NCBI RefSeq assembly: GCF_016432865.1
Contig: NC_067403.1
Coordinates: 256,308,001 to 256,372,000, forward strand
Length of the DNA stretch: 64,000 bases
Direction: 5' to 3'
Source: Antechinus flavipes
Lineage: Eukaryota
In this document: piece by piece, positions 33,627 to 53,597 of the stretch
How positions within the stretch are numbered: the first letter of the stretch is position 1
How the letters are laid out: each line of letters opens with the position of its first letter
Position numbers and translations under genes: made by a program
Notes under the pieces: generated by a model
What the model was told of the DNA's origin: nothing
Seen by the model: the letters and a program-made list of their open reading frames with translations, nothing else
Database searches by the model: none

Positions 33627-36600
33627 TCAGTCGTGGTACATGCGCAGGAGGCAGCTGCGCAGCGTGACCATGTAGCGATCCCAGAGGGCCTGGTGCCTGC
33701 CAACGAGAGGAGCTGCTCAGAGAGGGGCGCCCGGCAGCCGGGGCCCAGCGGGCACGTGGGGGGCAGTGGGGCATCGGGGTGGGGGGGGCAGTGGGGTGGG
33801 GGGCAGCGGGGGGCCCTCACCGAAAGCCATCCAGGGAGTGGACGGAGGCAGAATACTGGTTCAGGAAGAGCCGGACGTCGTTCAGCGGCCACCGGTCCGA
33901 GCGGCACGGCTCTATAAACTTTGGGGAGACAGGAGACGCGATCTTTTCAGCCCCGACAAGGCGCAGTGGAGACAGGCAGGAGGGGGGCGGCCCCGGCACC
34001 GGGGGTCCCTACCTTCTCAACCAGGTCCACAAACAGGTCCCGCACGTCCTTGGTGTGGGTGAGCTTGGAGGCGATGTTGACCAGTCCTCGGGACAGGTTC
34101 TGTGGGGCCGGGAAGCCAAGGGCTCGGTCTGGCCCTCAGGACCCCAGGAGCCCCGGGCAGTGCCACCCCCCTCCCGTGGGGACCCCACACCCCCAGGGCG
34201 TGCACAGCCGAGCTGGCCACGGAGGTCTGGCAAAGGCCCCTGGGGCCCGGGGAGCCCGGCCCGGGCCCTGACCATGTGCGGGGAAAGCTGAGGAAAGTTG
34301 CTCCCCGAGCTGAGCCTCGGCTCCTGTGGTGGGGCAGGAGCTTGGAGGGCTCCGGGGGCTGCGGCCTGGGGGACACACCTTGAAGTTAGCTTCCATCTCT
34401 GGAAAGACACTGAGCTTCCCTCGGAGAGCGGTGCACACCAAGCTAAGAGGAGGGAAGGAGGGGGTCCTTCTGGGCCTGGATTTCCCACCCCGCCCCCCGG
34501 GGTCCCAGATCCCCTCCCTCAGCCCTGGATCCCCCCTCCCTGGTCCCGGCCCCCCCCTCCCTGGTCCCAGATCCCCTCCCCCAGCCCTGGACCCCCCCTC
34601 CCTGGTCCCAGATCCCCTCCCCCAGCCCTGGATCCCCCCTCCCGGTCCCGGATCCCCCCTCAGCCCCCAGGGCCTCCGATCCCCCGCCCCGGCCACCTCT
34701 TGTGTAGATCGAGCAGGTCCTTGTCGGCCACCAGCACCTTGAGCTCCTTCAGGTCCTGGAGAAACTCCTTGTCCAGGTCCACGTCCATGTCGTCCACCTG
34801 AGAGTCTGCAGGGGGCCCCGGGGAGCAGGGGGAGAGCTGGCTGAGGCCCTGGCGCCGCCCACGAGCAGCCACGGTGGCCAAAGCCCGCAGGGCAATGGGC
34901 CTCGGGCCCAGAAAAGCAGCCTCGCTGGCGGGAGGCGGGAGGCCCGGGCTCTAGGGCACAGTCATTCCAGGTCGGAGTCAGGAAGGTCTGGTTCAAATCC
35001 TGCCTCAGACAACGACTAGCAACATGCCTGGGCTTCAGATGGGAAAGGCTTCCCCCGATGATCCCGGGACTCAGAGCCAGAAGCCCTTTGTGGGGAGGGG
35101 GCCAGGAGGCTGCTTACCCCCCAGGTGGGAGGGGAAGGAGGAGGGGGGCTGGTGGTCACAGGGAGGGGGGTCCGGGGGCTGCTCACCCACAGCGCCAGGC
35201 GTCCAGTTCTGAATCATCAGTTCAGCACAGAAGGCCAAGTCCCCAAAGGTCAGATACTGAAGCTTCTTCTTGCCCGTCTCAAAGCGGTTGTTGGCGAAGA
35301 AGACCACGGCCGCGTAGTCCCTGGGGGGGCGGGCGCTTAGCCGGGCTCCGGAGCCCCAGGGCGCGCCCTCCCAGGTCCCCGGCCCTCACCTGGCTAGCCG
35401 GTCGGAGAGGAGGAAATGCTGCTGGATGTTGCCGGCCAGGGACCCCCGCATCTCCTCCACCACCTTGAAGACTCTTTTGAAGTTGTCGAACTGCGGGGAG
35501 AAGAGGCTGAGCGGAGGCCGGGGCAGGAGGCCCGAGTTCCTCAACCCAGCTGTCGGTGACGGCGCCAGGGGAGAGCTCCGCCGCGCAGAATTCGCGCTTT
35601 CCAGCTCTGACACTGGTCGGGTTTTTTCCCGTCCTTTTTAAAAATCAAAGTAACCAACGGCTGTTCTTTTTGTGGGTTTTTCACCAAACCATCGTGAGGT
35701 TCTGGGAAATGAACCGGTTCAGTGGGTTTCTGACCTGGAATTTGATTCAGCTCCCCCTTGGTTTTCAGGACTGAGGGTTCGGTTGAGAATTTTATCTTTT
35801 TCTGGGGTTTTTGTTGCTGTTGCTTGGTTTTCATTCTGGTTTTTGCCCAACTCACTGATCTGCTTGTTTAGAGGCAGAAATTCTCCCCAAGTGCTGCTCT
35901 GCACCCCCATGTTTTGAGACGTTTTGTCTCGGAGGCAGCAGGAGACCCGCTCTTGACGTGACCACGATGGGGGCTGGAAGCTGGGGGTGGGGGGCACTCG
36001 AACATCCCCACAAGCAGCATAGTCCCAAAGGGGGATGGGCTGCCCTCAGGAAGAGCCGGATGGGTTCTCACCCGCATGGTGGGGGGTAGGGAAGGCCTTT
36101 ATTCTGGTTGGGCTGGACTGGTCCAGCTCTCAGGCCTCTGGATTCTGACATCTCGTGGTCCTGGGCCACGTGGACCTGGTTTAAATGCTGCCTGGGGCAC
36201 TGGGTCACATGATCACTCAGCCTCAGTTTACCCATTTATAAAATAGGGCTGATGTAGGGAAGTTCACATGAGCACCATCAAAAAATGTCATCGTCAGCTG
36301 CTCTGGGACCCTGAGAAGGCCTGGCCATGCCCGGGGTGGGGGCAGGGCCGGGAGGAAGTTTCGCTGAAGACGGAGGCCTTGGGGCGGGATGCCCACTCAC
36401 GTTGGGCAGACAGAGCTGGGAGAACGTGCCCGGGGGAAGGGCGGACGCACCCTGCTCAGGAAAGGCTGAAAGGGGCTCAGGTTTACTTTTCCCCAACAAG
36501 CCTTTATGGAGTGCCTACTGTGTACCAGGCAGTGTGCTTGGTGCTTAACAAACATCACATCTGAACCTCACAACCTTGGGAAGAAGCACCGAGGCGGGCA

Positions 36601-37963
36601 GAGATAGGTGATTTGCCCGTGGGTCACACAGACAGTGACTGAGACTAGACGGGAACTCGGGGTTTCCCGCCCGCAGGCCCGCCGCTCTGAGTGCCTCCGC
36701 AGAGGAAACTGGGGCCCGGAGAAGGGAAGGGGTTTGTCTGAGTGGGTCGGTGGCCCCCCAGGCTGGTGCGGGAGCTGCTTCCTATGTGGTCTCAGCTGTA
36801 AAAAGTCAGCTGGGCTCAGAGCGGGAAGAAACCCACCATTTGGACACCAGCACCTGGTACAAAGCCCCACTCTTGCCACCCTAGTTCTGGCTGGGAAAGG
36901 GGGTTCAGACCAGCTGGCGAAGGGAGCCGAGTGCCGACTGCCCCGGACGGTACCGGGCAGATTACAGGGGCAGTGGGGAGGTGGGAGGGAAGCCAGAAGA
37001 GCCGGGGGTGACCCCGGTTAGGGGGAGGCTGCTGAAATGTCCCAAAGAAGAGGGAATGCGCTCCTGGCAGAGGAGGAGGCTGCCGGAGCCCCAAGAGCCC
37101 TGACCTGTCTCCGGCAGCTCTTGAGAGTCACCCCCGTCTTGGTGCTGATGTCATCCAGGTCCTTCTTGGTGCCCTTGGACAGCTTCTTTCCCAGCACCTC
37201 CCGGACAAAGGCCTCATCAAAGGCGTAGTACCTGGCGGGCAGAAGGGGGAGGTCTTGGAGGGACAGGAGGCGCAGGCTGCCTGGGAGAGGGGAAGGGGCT
37301 CCTGAGGGGGTGAAGGTCTGCCTAAGGGGTCTCCGAGAGGGCCCAGGGGATGTCGCAGGGAGGAGGAGGGGCTTGAAGGGGGAGCCCAGGCTGGGGATGG
37401 GGGCGGGGCAGCCAGGAGAGGGGAGGAGTAGAGCAGAGGGAGAGCCTAAGAGGGAAAGCTGGGGGCGGGATCGGGCCGCAGGGGGCGGAGCCCGCGGGGG
37501 AAAGCCCACCAGCTGGGGGCGGGGCGGGGCCGTGGGGGGAGGAGCTTCGGGCCCCCACCTCTCGATGAGCAGGGCCTGCCGGGACGGTGGGATCTGGAAG
37601 ACTAGCTGGTGCAGCAGCTTGGGCGGCGTATGCAGCAGGCGCTCGAGCATGTGGAAAGTGCGGTAGTGGTCCATGGTGTCGCTCTGCAGCACGCCCGCCG
37701 TGGCTCCCGTCTGCTCCAGGATGCCCGAGCGCACCCGCAGCCCCACGGCATCGCTCACTGCGGAGGAGAGGCGGCCATGGGGGCGGTCAGGGGGAGGGGC
37801 GAAGGAGGGCGCGCCCCGCCCCCGCCCCACCCAGCCTCCCTCCCGCCCGCGGATTTCCCAGCGCTTCCCCGCCCGCACCCGAATATCCGTCCAGCCAGAG
37901 CCGATACACGTCCTCGTCGATGAGGGTCGTGTTGCCCACGAAGATGTCCAGCTCGTTGGTCAT
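33627..37963 (-). CDS. FIBP: FGF1 intracellular binding protein, 10 exons, 357 aa
   Basis: Exons 37879-37963, 37559-37757, 37105-37231, 35390-35490, 35187-35320, 34697-34805, 34379-34442, 34013-34099, 33821-33918, 33627-33696; 1074 nt. [28 protein letters not shown]...[22 protein letters not shown]; AATAAA (minus) 33342-33347. Confidence 0.97.
34490..34690. repeat. C-rich (G-rich on the FIBP sense strand) ~20/41-bp minisatellite in FIBP intron 6
   Basis: ggtcccagatcccctccc(c/t)cagccctggatcccccctccct repeated about 4-5 times. Confidence 0.85.
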
Positions 37964-38200
37964 GGCGGAGCTGGGCGCCCGGACGCGCACCGGACTCGAC
38001 CCGGCCCCCGGAGCAGCCACCGCTTCCGGGTGCAGCGGGTCCTCCGCTCCGACACTCACTGCGAACCTTGGAGCACTTCCGGTGCGGAGGGGTGTTTGGC
38101 GGCCTCGGGGCGGAGCTCTTATTAGGCCCCGCCCCTAAGTGGGCGGTCCCGCCTCATCCCCTGGCCCTCCGCAGTCCTGCGGTTCCCGGAGGACGGGGAA
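37700..38200. promoter_or_regulatory. FIBP CpG-island promoter
   Basis: Ets/GABP-type CACTTCCGGT at ~38075-38084, GC boxes, high CpG. Confidence 0.75.
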
Positions 38201-38759
38201 ACCCCGGCGCGAGGGAATTCCCCCCCCCCCCCCCCCCCGCAGCTCCACCTCCTGGCCTCGTTCACCTCTCATCCCACAGCTCCCCGTTTCTTGTCCTCCT
38301 CCCCTTTGCCAGGCTCCCCTTTTCCCCAGCTCTCCCTTCCGTGTTCCCTCCCCCTTGATGCATCTCCCCTCCTATTGCACACCTCCCCCTGTCCCTTTCC
38401 CTATCTCCCCATCCTTCCTCCCACATCGCCCTTATGAAAATAAGTCAGGAAATCAATTAAAAGCATTTATTTAAAAATGGATTCGAGCATCTACTCCCCG
38501 CCAGGCACTTCGGGCAACGTCAAACACGGGAACAGCCTCTGCCCTCCCGGAGTTTTCTCAGAGAAACCCTGTTTGCCCATAGAGGTGGAAAATAATACCC
38601 GAGTTGTTACAGAGAATGGGGGGAGGGTAGCGGCGCTGTCGGAAGGCCTCGGGGAGGAGGTGAGGGGTGATGGGCAGCTGAGATTGTAAGGGACCTGGGG
38701 CTTTGAAGGAATGGGGGTGAGGAGAGAACGCGTTGCAGGGAAGGGGGGGAGTGCAAATC

Positions 38760-39090
38760 TCCGGAAAGGCTGGGAGCCAGCAAGTAGGCCCGCTTTCTCC
38801 TCACACATCCTCCTGCTCCTCCTCCCCACTTCCTTTTCCTTCTCTCTCCACCTCCTCTTCCCCAGTCTTCAGCTCCACATCCCCTCTTGTCCAATCTTCT
38901 CTTCTCCATTTTCTTTTCACCATCCCCCACTGGGGCCTCCTCTGCTCCCCACCCCATCATCCCTAGGTCCTATCTTCCTCCTCTCTCTCCACCTCTCCTC
39001 TTCCTCTTCCTCCTCCTCCTCCTCCGCAGAGCCTCCTTTTCCCCCCTCCCTCTAGTCTGTCTCATCACTTCTTCCTCCCCGCCCCCCACT
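38760..39090. repeat. Low-complexity C/T-rich (polypyrimidine) tract
   Basis: Mostly C/T on the plus strand, with (CCT)n and (CTT)n. Confidence 0.8.
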
Positions 39091-39689
39091 CCTGCCAATG
39101 CAGTGGGGAGCCCGGCTCTACTGGGGTGCTCAGCTTCCCGGTCCCACGGCAGGCTCAGCCTCCCAGCTTGGAGCTTGGGGACTGGGCTGTCCATCCAGGG
39201 CGGGTGGCTAGAGAAGGACCAGAACCTAAGGAAGGAGAAGTGGAGGCTGAAGAGGGGAGAGGGAGAGCGGAGGGACTAGGGCGCCTGGGCTTTGCTAGAG
39301 ATGAGATACCGTGTCCGGGAAGGGTCCCAGCGGGGTGGAGGTGAGGGGGGAGTGGGAATTTAGGGGTAGGGCTCAGAAAGAAATAGAACAGCCCGGCCCT
39401 CAAAGCGCAGCATCTTGGGGAAAGCAGAGGGAATTCTGGGTCTAGAGGTCCCTGAGATAACGGACTGAGGGAGGAGGGAGTGGGGGACAGGAGAACAGCG
39501 GCCGAGTTCGGAGGCACAGGAACACCCGGTGCCAGGTTGAGGCACTGAGGACCCATCCCGGGGCGGGCGCCGAGGGGTTGGAACTCCGACCAAAGGGAGC
39601 CCGACTAAATGCCCTGTGAGAATTGGTTCAGGAGTTGGGATGAGACCCCCCCCCACCCCCGCTCCATCCCCGCCCCCTCTCCCCCCACT

Positions 39690-41534
<1,845 letters not shown>

Positions 41535-43274
41535 GCGAGCCCCCCAGCCCCCGCCCCCGGGCTGCCAGCCCCTGCCCCTGCCCAGCTGGGACACGGCCCC
41601 GGGCTGCCAGCCCCCGCCCCTGCCAAGCCCGCGGCCCCAGCTCTGTCCAGCCCGGATGCGCCCTTGCCCTCGGGCAATAAAACTGCGAGAGATCCCAGCC
41701 CGCTGGCCTGGACCCTTCCTCTGTTTGGGGACCCAGAGGCGAGGGGGGTGGGGTTGGGGGAGCCAGACCCCTCCCGAGATCGGGGTGACTTTCCTGCCCA
41801 CCGAAGCCCCTGATGTAGGGGAGGGAGCAGGAACCAGGATGGCTGGTGCTTGGAGAGAGAGCCCCCGGAAACCTTGACATTTGTCCCCGGCCCCTGGGAG
41901 CCAGAGAAGATGGGGGGGGACAGCGGCCCCCAGGAGTTTGTAAGGGAGCCCAAGGTCCGGGGCTCAGAGGGGGCTGGAGAATTCCATGAGCACACTAGGC
42001 CAGGATCCAAGGCCTGAGGAGGAGCCCCCACCCTCTCCAGGCTCCTTCCTGCCCAGACCAGGATGTTTCTGGCCAAGACAATGGGGCAGGAAGCAGGTGG
42101 TGGGGTTTAAGGGCCAGATAAAGAGGAACCCGAGGTGACCCCCCCTCCCCCGGGGACTTCAGGGCCGGTGGAGGGGCGAGATGCTTTGATTTCAGGGAGA
42201 TAGCGGGTGTTCGGCACTGTCCCCCTTCCTGGCCAAGGTAGAGAGCGGCCGGTGGGAAAGGCGCCCCCCACCCACTTCCCAAGCTTCCTGGCATCTTCGC
42301 AAGTGCTCATGGACTTACTAAGAGAGTGAGTCCTCTTCCGGCCTAGCCACAAGCCGGCCACTCATCTGAGACTGAGTCCGGGCACTTTTCTAGGTCTCAG
42401 TCTCCCCATCTGTGAACCGAGGCTAGGTTAGATAACAGGGACACTTCCTTCCAGCCCCGACATCGGGTGTTCTTGTTCCAAGGTCACTCCCCGGTCTAAC
42501 GTTCCGCTCCCTCCCCGCTGTCCCATCCCGTGTTCCGTGGTGCAAGGACATTGGGGTTCTCAGACGCTCCCTAGTGGGTTCTCCGCGCTCAGATCCCCAG
42601 GTTCCAGGGAGACGCCACCCCAACTTCAGTCGTTTTATTCCATTTGGCCATTTGTACAAAAATAGTCTCTTTAGGAAAATAAATAGCAGCCTCTCAGGAA
42701 AAGGAGCAAGTTCGTGGGGGAGTTTGGGGGGAGCCTCTCTGAGCTCTGAGGGCCGGGGGCCACTCCAGCCCATCAAGGAGGCTCCTGCCAGAGGTGGGCC
42801 CTGCCCAGGGGGAGAAGGGCCCCAGAGCAAGGGGGCAGGGGAGGTCTATGTGCTCCATCACAGGGGCTGCTGGGAAGGGATTGGCTGTTTAGTGTTCTAG
42901 GGACTCCTGGAGCTGCAGGGGAAGGAGCCCAGGGTCAGGAGGCAGTGAGAGCTCAGAAGGGGTTAGGGCCTTGTAGGAAGATTAACAATAAGCCCCAGAG
43001 GCCGGCTCAGCCCTGAAAGTCTCAGCTGTGCGTCAGGGGAGAGCAGCAGCCCCAAGTGCTCCTGCCCACGGCCCCAAGTGCTCCTGCCTACAGCCGGAGC
43101 TCTGGCGCACAGTAGGCATTTAAATGTTCCTTGCCTTGAATAGCATCAGTCTCAGTCTGAGCCCCCGCGGGGGCTTTGTGGTCCCCAAGGTGCTCGGAAC
43201 ATGCTAAGACGAGGGATGCCCAGATTGGAGACGGGGCCAAACAAGAAGGGAACGGGAGGGGAGGTGGTGACCTC

Positions 43275-49019
<5,745 letters not shown>

Positions 49020-49074
49020 GTCTCGGCTAGTACTGAGTGGGTCCCAGGCTTCCCGGACTCCCCGCGTCCCTACT

Positions 49075-49400
49075 CGGATCTGACTCACTTGTTGCTCGGT
49101 CGCCTACTTGGCTTTTTTATGAATGAACATTTTTATGGAACGAACCATTTTCGTCTAGGGGGAGAATGGCTAGCCATCTTCCTGACTTTAGCTTCCAAAA
49201 ACAAAACCCTTTCCTGAATGCCATCTTTTAAGATTCCGGCTTCTCTCTTATCTAAATCTATCCTTTCTTTTTTAGAGAAAAAAACAAGGCCCGTGTTCCT
49301 CGGAGCTTCCAGTTCGTACGTACCCCCCGGGAGCCAACAGATTGGTACGGTCGAAGGCCTGATGACGTAGATGCCCATATATGGGGCAACTTCCTACGCC
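49075..49400 (-). promoter_or_regulatory. FOSL1 core promoter and serum response element
   Basis: AP-1 TGACTCA 49081-49087, TATA-like CATAAAAAA (minus) 49113-49121, ATF/CRE TGACGT 49363-49368, CArG CCATATATGG 49375-49384, Ets ACTTCCT 49389-49395. Confidence 0.85.
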
Positions 49401-51029
49401 ACGCCTGGGCTCAGTGAAGGATTCCCCCGACGCCAGACATCGCCGCAGGTTCTAGGGCACCTGGGCTCCGCCCCCTGACTCCCAGGCCCGGAGCGCAGCA
49501 GAGGGATGCGGGGCCCTCGCGCTGCTGGGGGTCGGGCCACGGACCTTCATTAAGCACGCACCCTGCGCCAGGCCCAGGGCTCGGGGAGACGCACATGAAG
49601 CCATCCTTGCCCTCAGGAAGCTTACGTTCTGCCGCGTACTTACCGGCACCCGGAGGAGTACATAGGGACTGATGGGGGGAGGCAATGGCGTAGGGATGCG
49701 AGTAAGGTCGCGGTTTTAGGGATTCGGCTGGATGAGCGGGAGCCTTAGGGAGGCCAGCGGGGGCCCGGCGCCCGAAAGGAGAGGGATTCCTGCCTCCGTG
49801 GAGCTTCCAGTCTGTGGGGGAGGGGCGGGATGCCGCAGTTACGGGGATCTGAGGAAAAGACCCGGTCACTGGAAGAAAGCTCCAGTGGAAAAAGGAGGGG
49901 AATTCACGCCAGCAGAGCCCGAAGGAAGAGAAGGCTTCTGAGAGCACAGGGGACGGGGACGCGTCGGGAATGGGGGGTTTCTTAGGCAGAGGCTGTGGGG
50001 ACACGAGCACGGGATTTGGGGAACAGCTCACAAAATGCAGAAAGGGAGCCCTGGCTCCCACACCCCCTGGCTTAGCTGGGTGTCGGGAATAGGGGGTCTC
50101 TTAGGGAGAGGCTGTGGGGACACATCCCCCTGGCGTTAGCTGGGTCTCGATTCACTCAGTTTCCAGCTTTGTGAAAGGAGGTTTTCGTCCGGGGGGGGGG
50201 GGGGCGGGGAGAGGGGGGAACTGGCCATGGACTCATTGAAGACCCTTTGGTTAAGCACCTCCTACGGGCGGGGCACCTTGCTAAATGCTGGGTACAAAAA
50301 GAGGCAAAAACACAATTTAAAGATGTCGAGGCGGAGAAATGCACCCAGAGCAAGCTATATCCAAGGCGAATAGGAAGTAATTTAAAAAGGGAAAGGCCTG
50401 GAGTTAAGAAAAGTGTCCTTTACAGGTAAGATTAGAATCGGGATTTAAAAGGCGCCCAGGAGGGCAGCAGTCAGAGAGAGGTTGGGCTTGTCAGGTTTGG
50501 GGGCCGCCACAGAGAATGCCCGGAGGCTACAGAGCCAGGGTCTCCGGCATGAAAAGAGCAGGAGGCTGGAGTCCCTGGCAGGGTCCAGGTGGAAGGAGCC
50601 TGGACAGGTAGGAGGGACTTTAAAAACCTTTAGAGCACCATAGACATGGGAGCTCCAGGTGGGAGCTAGTGAGCTGCCTGTCCATGCTTGGGGAAAAAAA
50701 TTAGAAAATTGGGGCAGCTGGACAGCTGGACAGTGCAGTGGATAGAGCACCAGCCCTGAAGTCAGGAGGACTTGAGTTCCAATCAGGCCTGGGGCATTTA
50801 ACACTTCTTAGCTGGGTGACCCTGGGTGAGTCACTTAACCCCAACTGCCTCTGCAAAAATAAATACATAAATAACCTTAATTAATTTCCAATTCTCAAAG
50901 GGAAAGGAGAAGGCAGCAGTGAGATCCTCTGATCCATCTTTCTGCCTATATAGAATAAGACAGAGACTTGTTTATACAGTGATCGATTCTGATGGAATTT
51001 TTTCAGCGGTGAGGTGATTCAGGCCGTTT

Positions 51030-51303
51030 CCAATGGCCTTGTGATGGAAAGAGCCATCTGCGCCGGAGAGACGCGCGGGGATCACAAGACTTTTTTGTTG
51101 TTGTTTGCTGGCATTTTGTTTCCTTCTCATTTTTTTTTTCTGCAGCACGATAATTGTGGACATATGCATAGGAGGATTGCACATGCTTAACATATATCAG
51201 ATTGCTCACTGTCTATAGGAGGGGGTGGAGGAAGGGACGGAGAAAAAAATTTGGAACCCAAAATTTTGCAAGGATGAATGTTGAAAATGATCTGTGCTTA
51301 TGG

Positions 51304-51345
<42 letters not shown>

Positions 51346-51800
51346 TCTAAAGACATTAGGATCTCCTTTTCCTCGCTAGGGGACCATCACCATTTGAATT
51401 GGTTTATAGGTTTAAAGATGAATCAGCTCATTTAGCCTCCCCTTTTTATAGAGGAAGAAACTGAGACCCAAGTCTTAAAACCCTCCCAGAAGCATATCAC
51501 CACACAGCATTCTCACTCTTTTTGTTGTTTGCCTGATTTTCTTTTGTTTCTCATTTTTTTGTTCTTTTTTGATTTGATTTTTCTTGTGCGGCAAAATAAC
51601 TGTATGAATATGGATGCATTCATTGGATTTAGCCTATATCTCTACCATGTTTAATGTATATCGGACTACTTGCCATCTAGGGGAGGGGGCGGGGGAAGGG
51701 GGGAAATTGGAACACAAGGTTCTGCATAGGGCTAATGTCGAAGAATTGTCCGCGCAGATGTTTTGAAAAATAAAAAGCTTTAATAAAGAAAAAAAAAAAA
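51030..51800 (+). mobile_element. Two L1 3'-end fragments with poly(A)
   Basis: L1 3'UTR text ending in A-runs at ~51307-51342 and ~51788-51802. Confidence 0.75.
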
Positions 51801-51801
51801 A

Positions 51802-53597
51802 AGAATACAGAGCATAGAAAATCTGGGCTGGGAAATATGTTAGAACATAAATTGTAAAGTTGGGAGGAGACTTAGAACATGGAATGCCAAAGCTGGAATG
51901 GACCTATGAATAGTCAGAGCTGGGAGAACCCTTATAAAAGAACATCAGCTTCTTGAGAGAGGTTAGAACATAGAACAGAGAATGTCAGAGCTGGGAAGGG
52001 TCTTAGTCAATCAGTAAGTCAGTCAAATCAATAAATATTTATGAAACCCCTACTAGGTGATGAGGAGACAAAGAAAGGCAAAAAACTCCCTCCCCTCAGA
52101 GAGCTCATCCATCTATTGGGCAGTGGCTTGGCCAAGGTCATACAGATAATAAATAAATCCGGGAGCTGGGCCTTGAACCCTGGTCCTAAAGGCAGTACTC
52201 TATTCATTATGCCATACTGCCTACAGAGTCTGAGGATTCTGGGCCTCTCCTCTCCCACCCCAAACCCAAAATAAGGCCGAAATGGCCCAACAACGATTCT
52301 TTCCCCGATTGCCTTCCGATCTCTGTGTTAAAATTCACTGTGGACCCACTGAATCGAGTCTCCCACACAGCTACCCAGGGAAGACTTGTCTCAGTGGTAG
52401 AAGCTCCAGAATGACCTAGGGGCCTACCTGCTCTCGAACCCTGGCAGAGGCCACGTTCGGGACAGAAGAACCAGGCAGATGTACTCTCAATTGCTGCCCG
52501 CGGACACACACAGGCTGACGCATCCGTGGCACCTCGTTCTCACCGAATCGGGCCCGACCACACACCAGGGCCCTAGAAATGCACCCCCAGCCCACCCTAC
52601 CCCCACCGAGGCAGGAAGTTGTGGGAGAAGCACAGAGGGACCATCATTCAGGAACCCTGGGTTCTAGCACTAGTTCTGCAGTCGACTTATTGTATAATCT
52701 TGGGAACTCAAAGATCAGGACTTTTCTCGTGTATAAAGGGCAGCTGGACTAGATGCCCCGCTGGGTTCTCCCAGTTCTGACATTCCCTAGTTAATGTTCT
52801 AAGAAGGGCCCTCCTAGCACTGACATTCTCTGTTCTAAGATCCCTCCCGTCTCTGTGTTCTCCGGTCCCTTCTAGCTTTAACATATGATGTCGTAAGGGC
52901 GTTCCCAACGCTGATGTTCTATGTCCTAAGGTCCCTGGCAGCTCTGATATTCTGTGTTCTAAGGTTCCTCCTAGTACTGCCATTCTGTATTCTAAATTCC
53001 CAATCAGTTCTGACATTCTATTCTAGGTTCTAAGTCCCTTCCTAGCACTGACATTCTCTGTTCTAAGAACATTCTGTGTTCTAAGATCTTTCCGAGCTCT
53101 GACATTCGAAGTCTCCTCTCAGTTGTGATTCTAAGGATGCAACTCCCAGCACTGACATTTTCTGGTCTAAGACTCCCTCCCAGTTTTGACATTTTTAGTT
53201 CTGGGTTCTAAGGTGCCGTGAAAATCCACCATTCTATCTTTTATGTTCTAAGAGTGTTCCTAGCTCTTACTTGTCTGTTCTAAGGTTTCTTCTAGCTTTG
53301 ACATTTTATGTTCAAAGGAGCTTTTTAGCTTTGATATTCTCTGTTCTGTGGCCTAAGAACAATCCCAGATGTCCTTCATTAGAATACAGAGCATAGAAAA
53401 TCTGGGCTGGGAAATACATTAGAACCTAGAATGTAGAGTTGGGAGGAGACTTAGAACGTGGAATGCCAGAGCTGGAATGAACAAAGAAAGTCAGAACTGG
53501 GAGAACCCCTATTAAAAAACATCAGCTCCTTGAGAGAGCTTAGAACGTAGAACAGAGAATGTTAGAGCTGGGAAGGATCTTAGTCAATCAATAAGCA
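51802..53597. repeat. Satellite-like ~35-40-bp unit arrays in alternating orientation
   Basis: Unit ttagaacatagaatgtcagagctgggaaggg on plus at 51802-52020 and 53381-53597 (a direct ~215-bp duplicate pair); reverse complement at ~52760-53350. Confidence 0.8.

Noticed and set aside
32875-33907. 266-aa and 244-aa ORFs between CTSW and FIBP
   Set aside because: GC-rich 3'UTR/intergenic artefacts overlapping the FIBP last exon; no recognisable domain.
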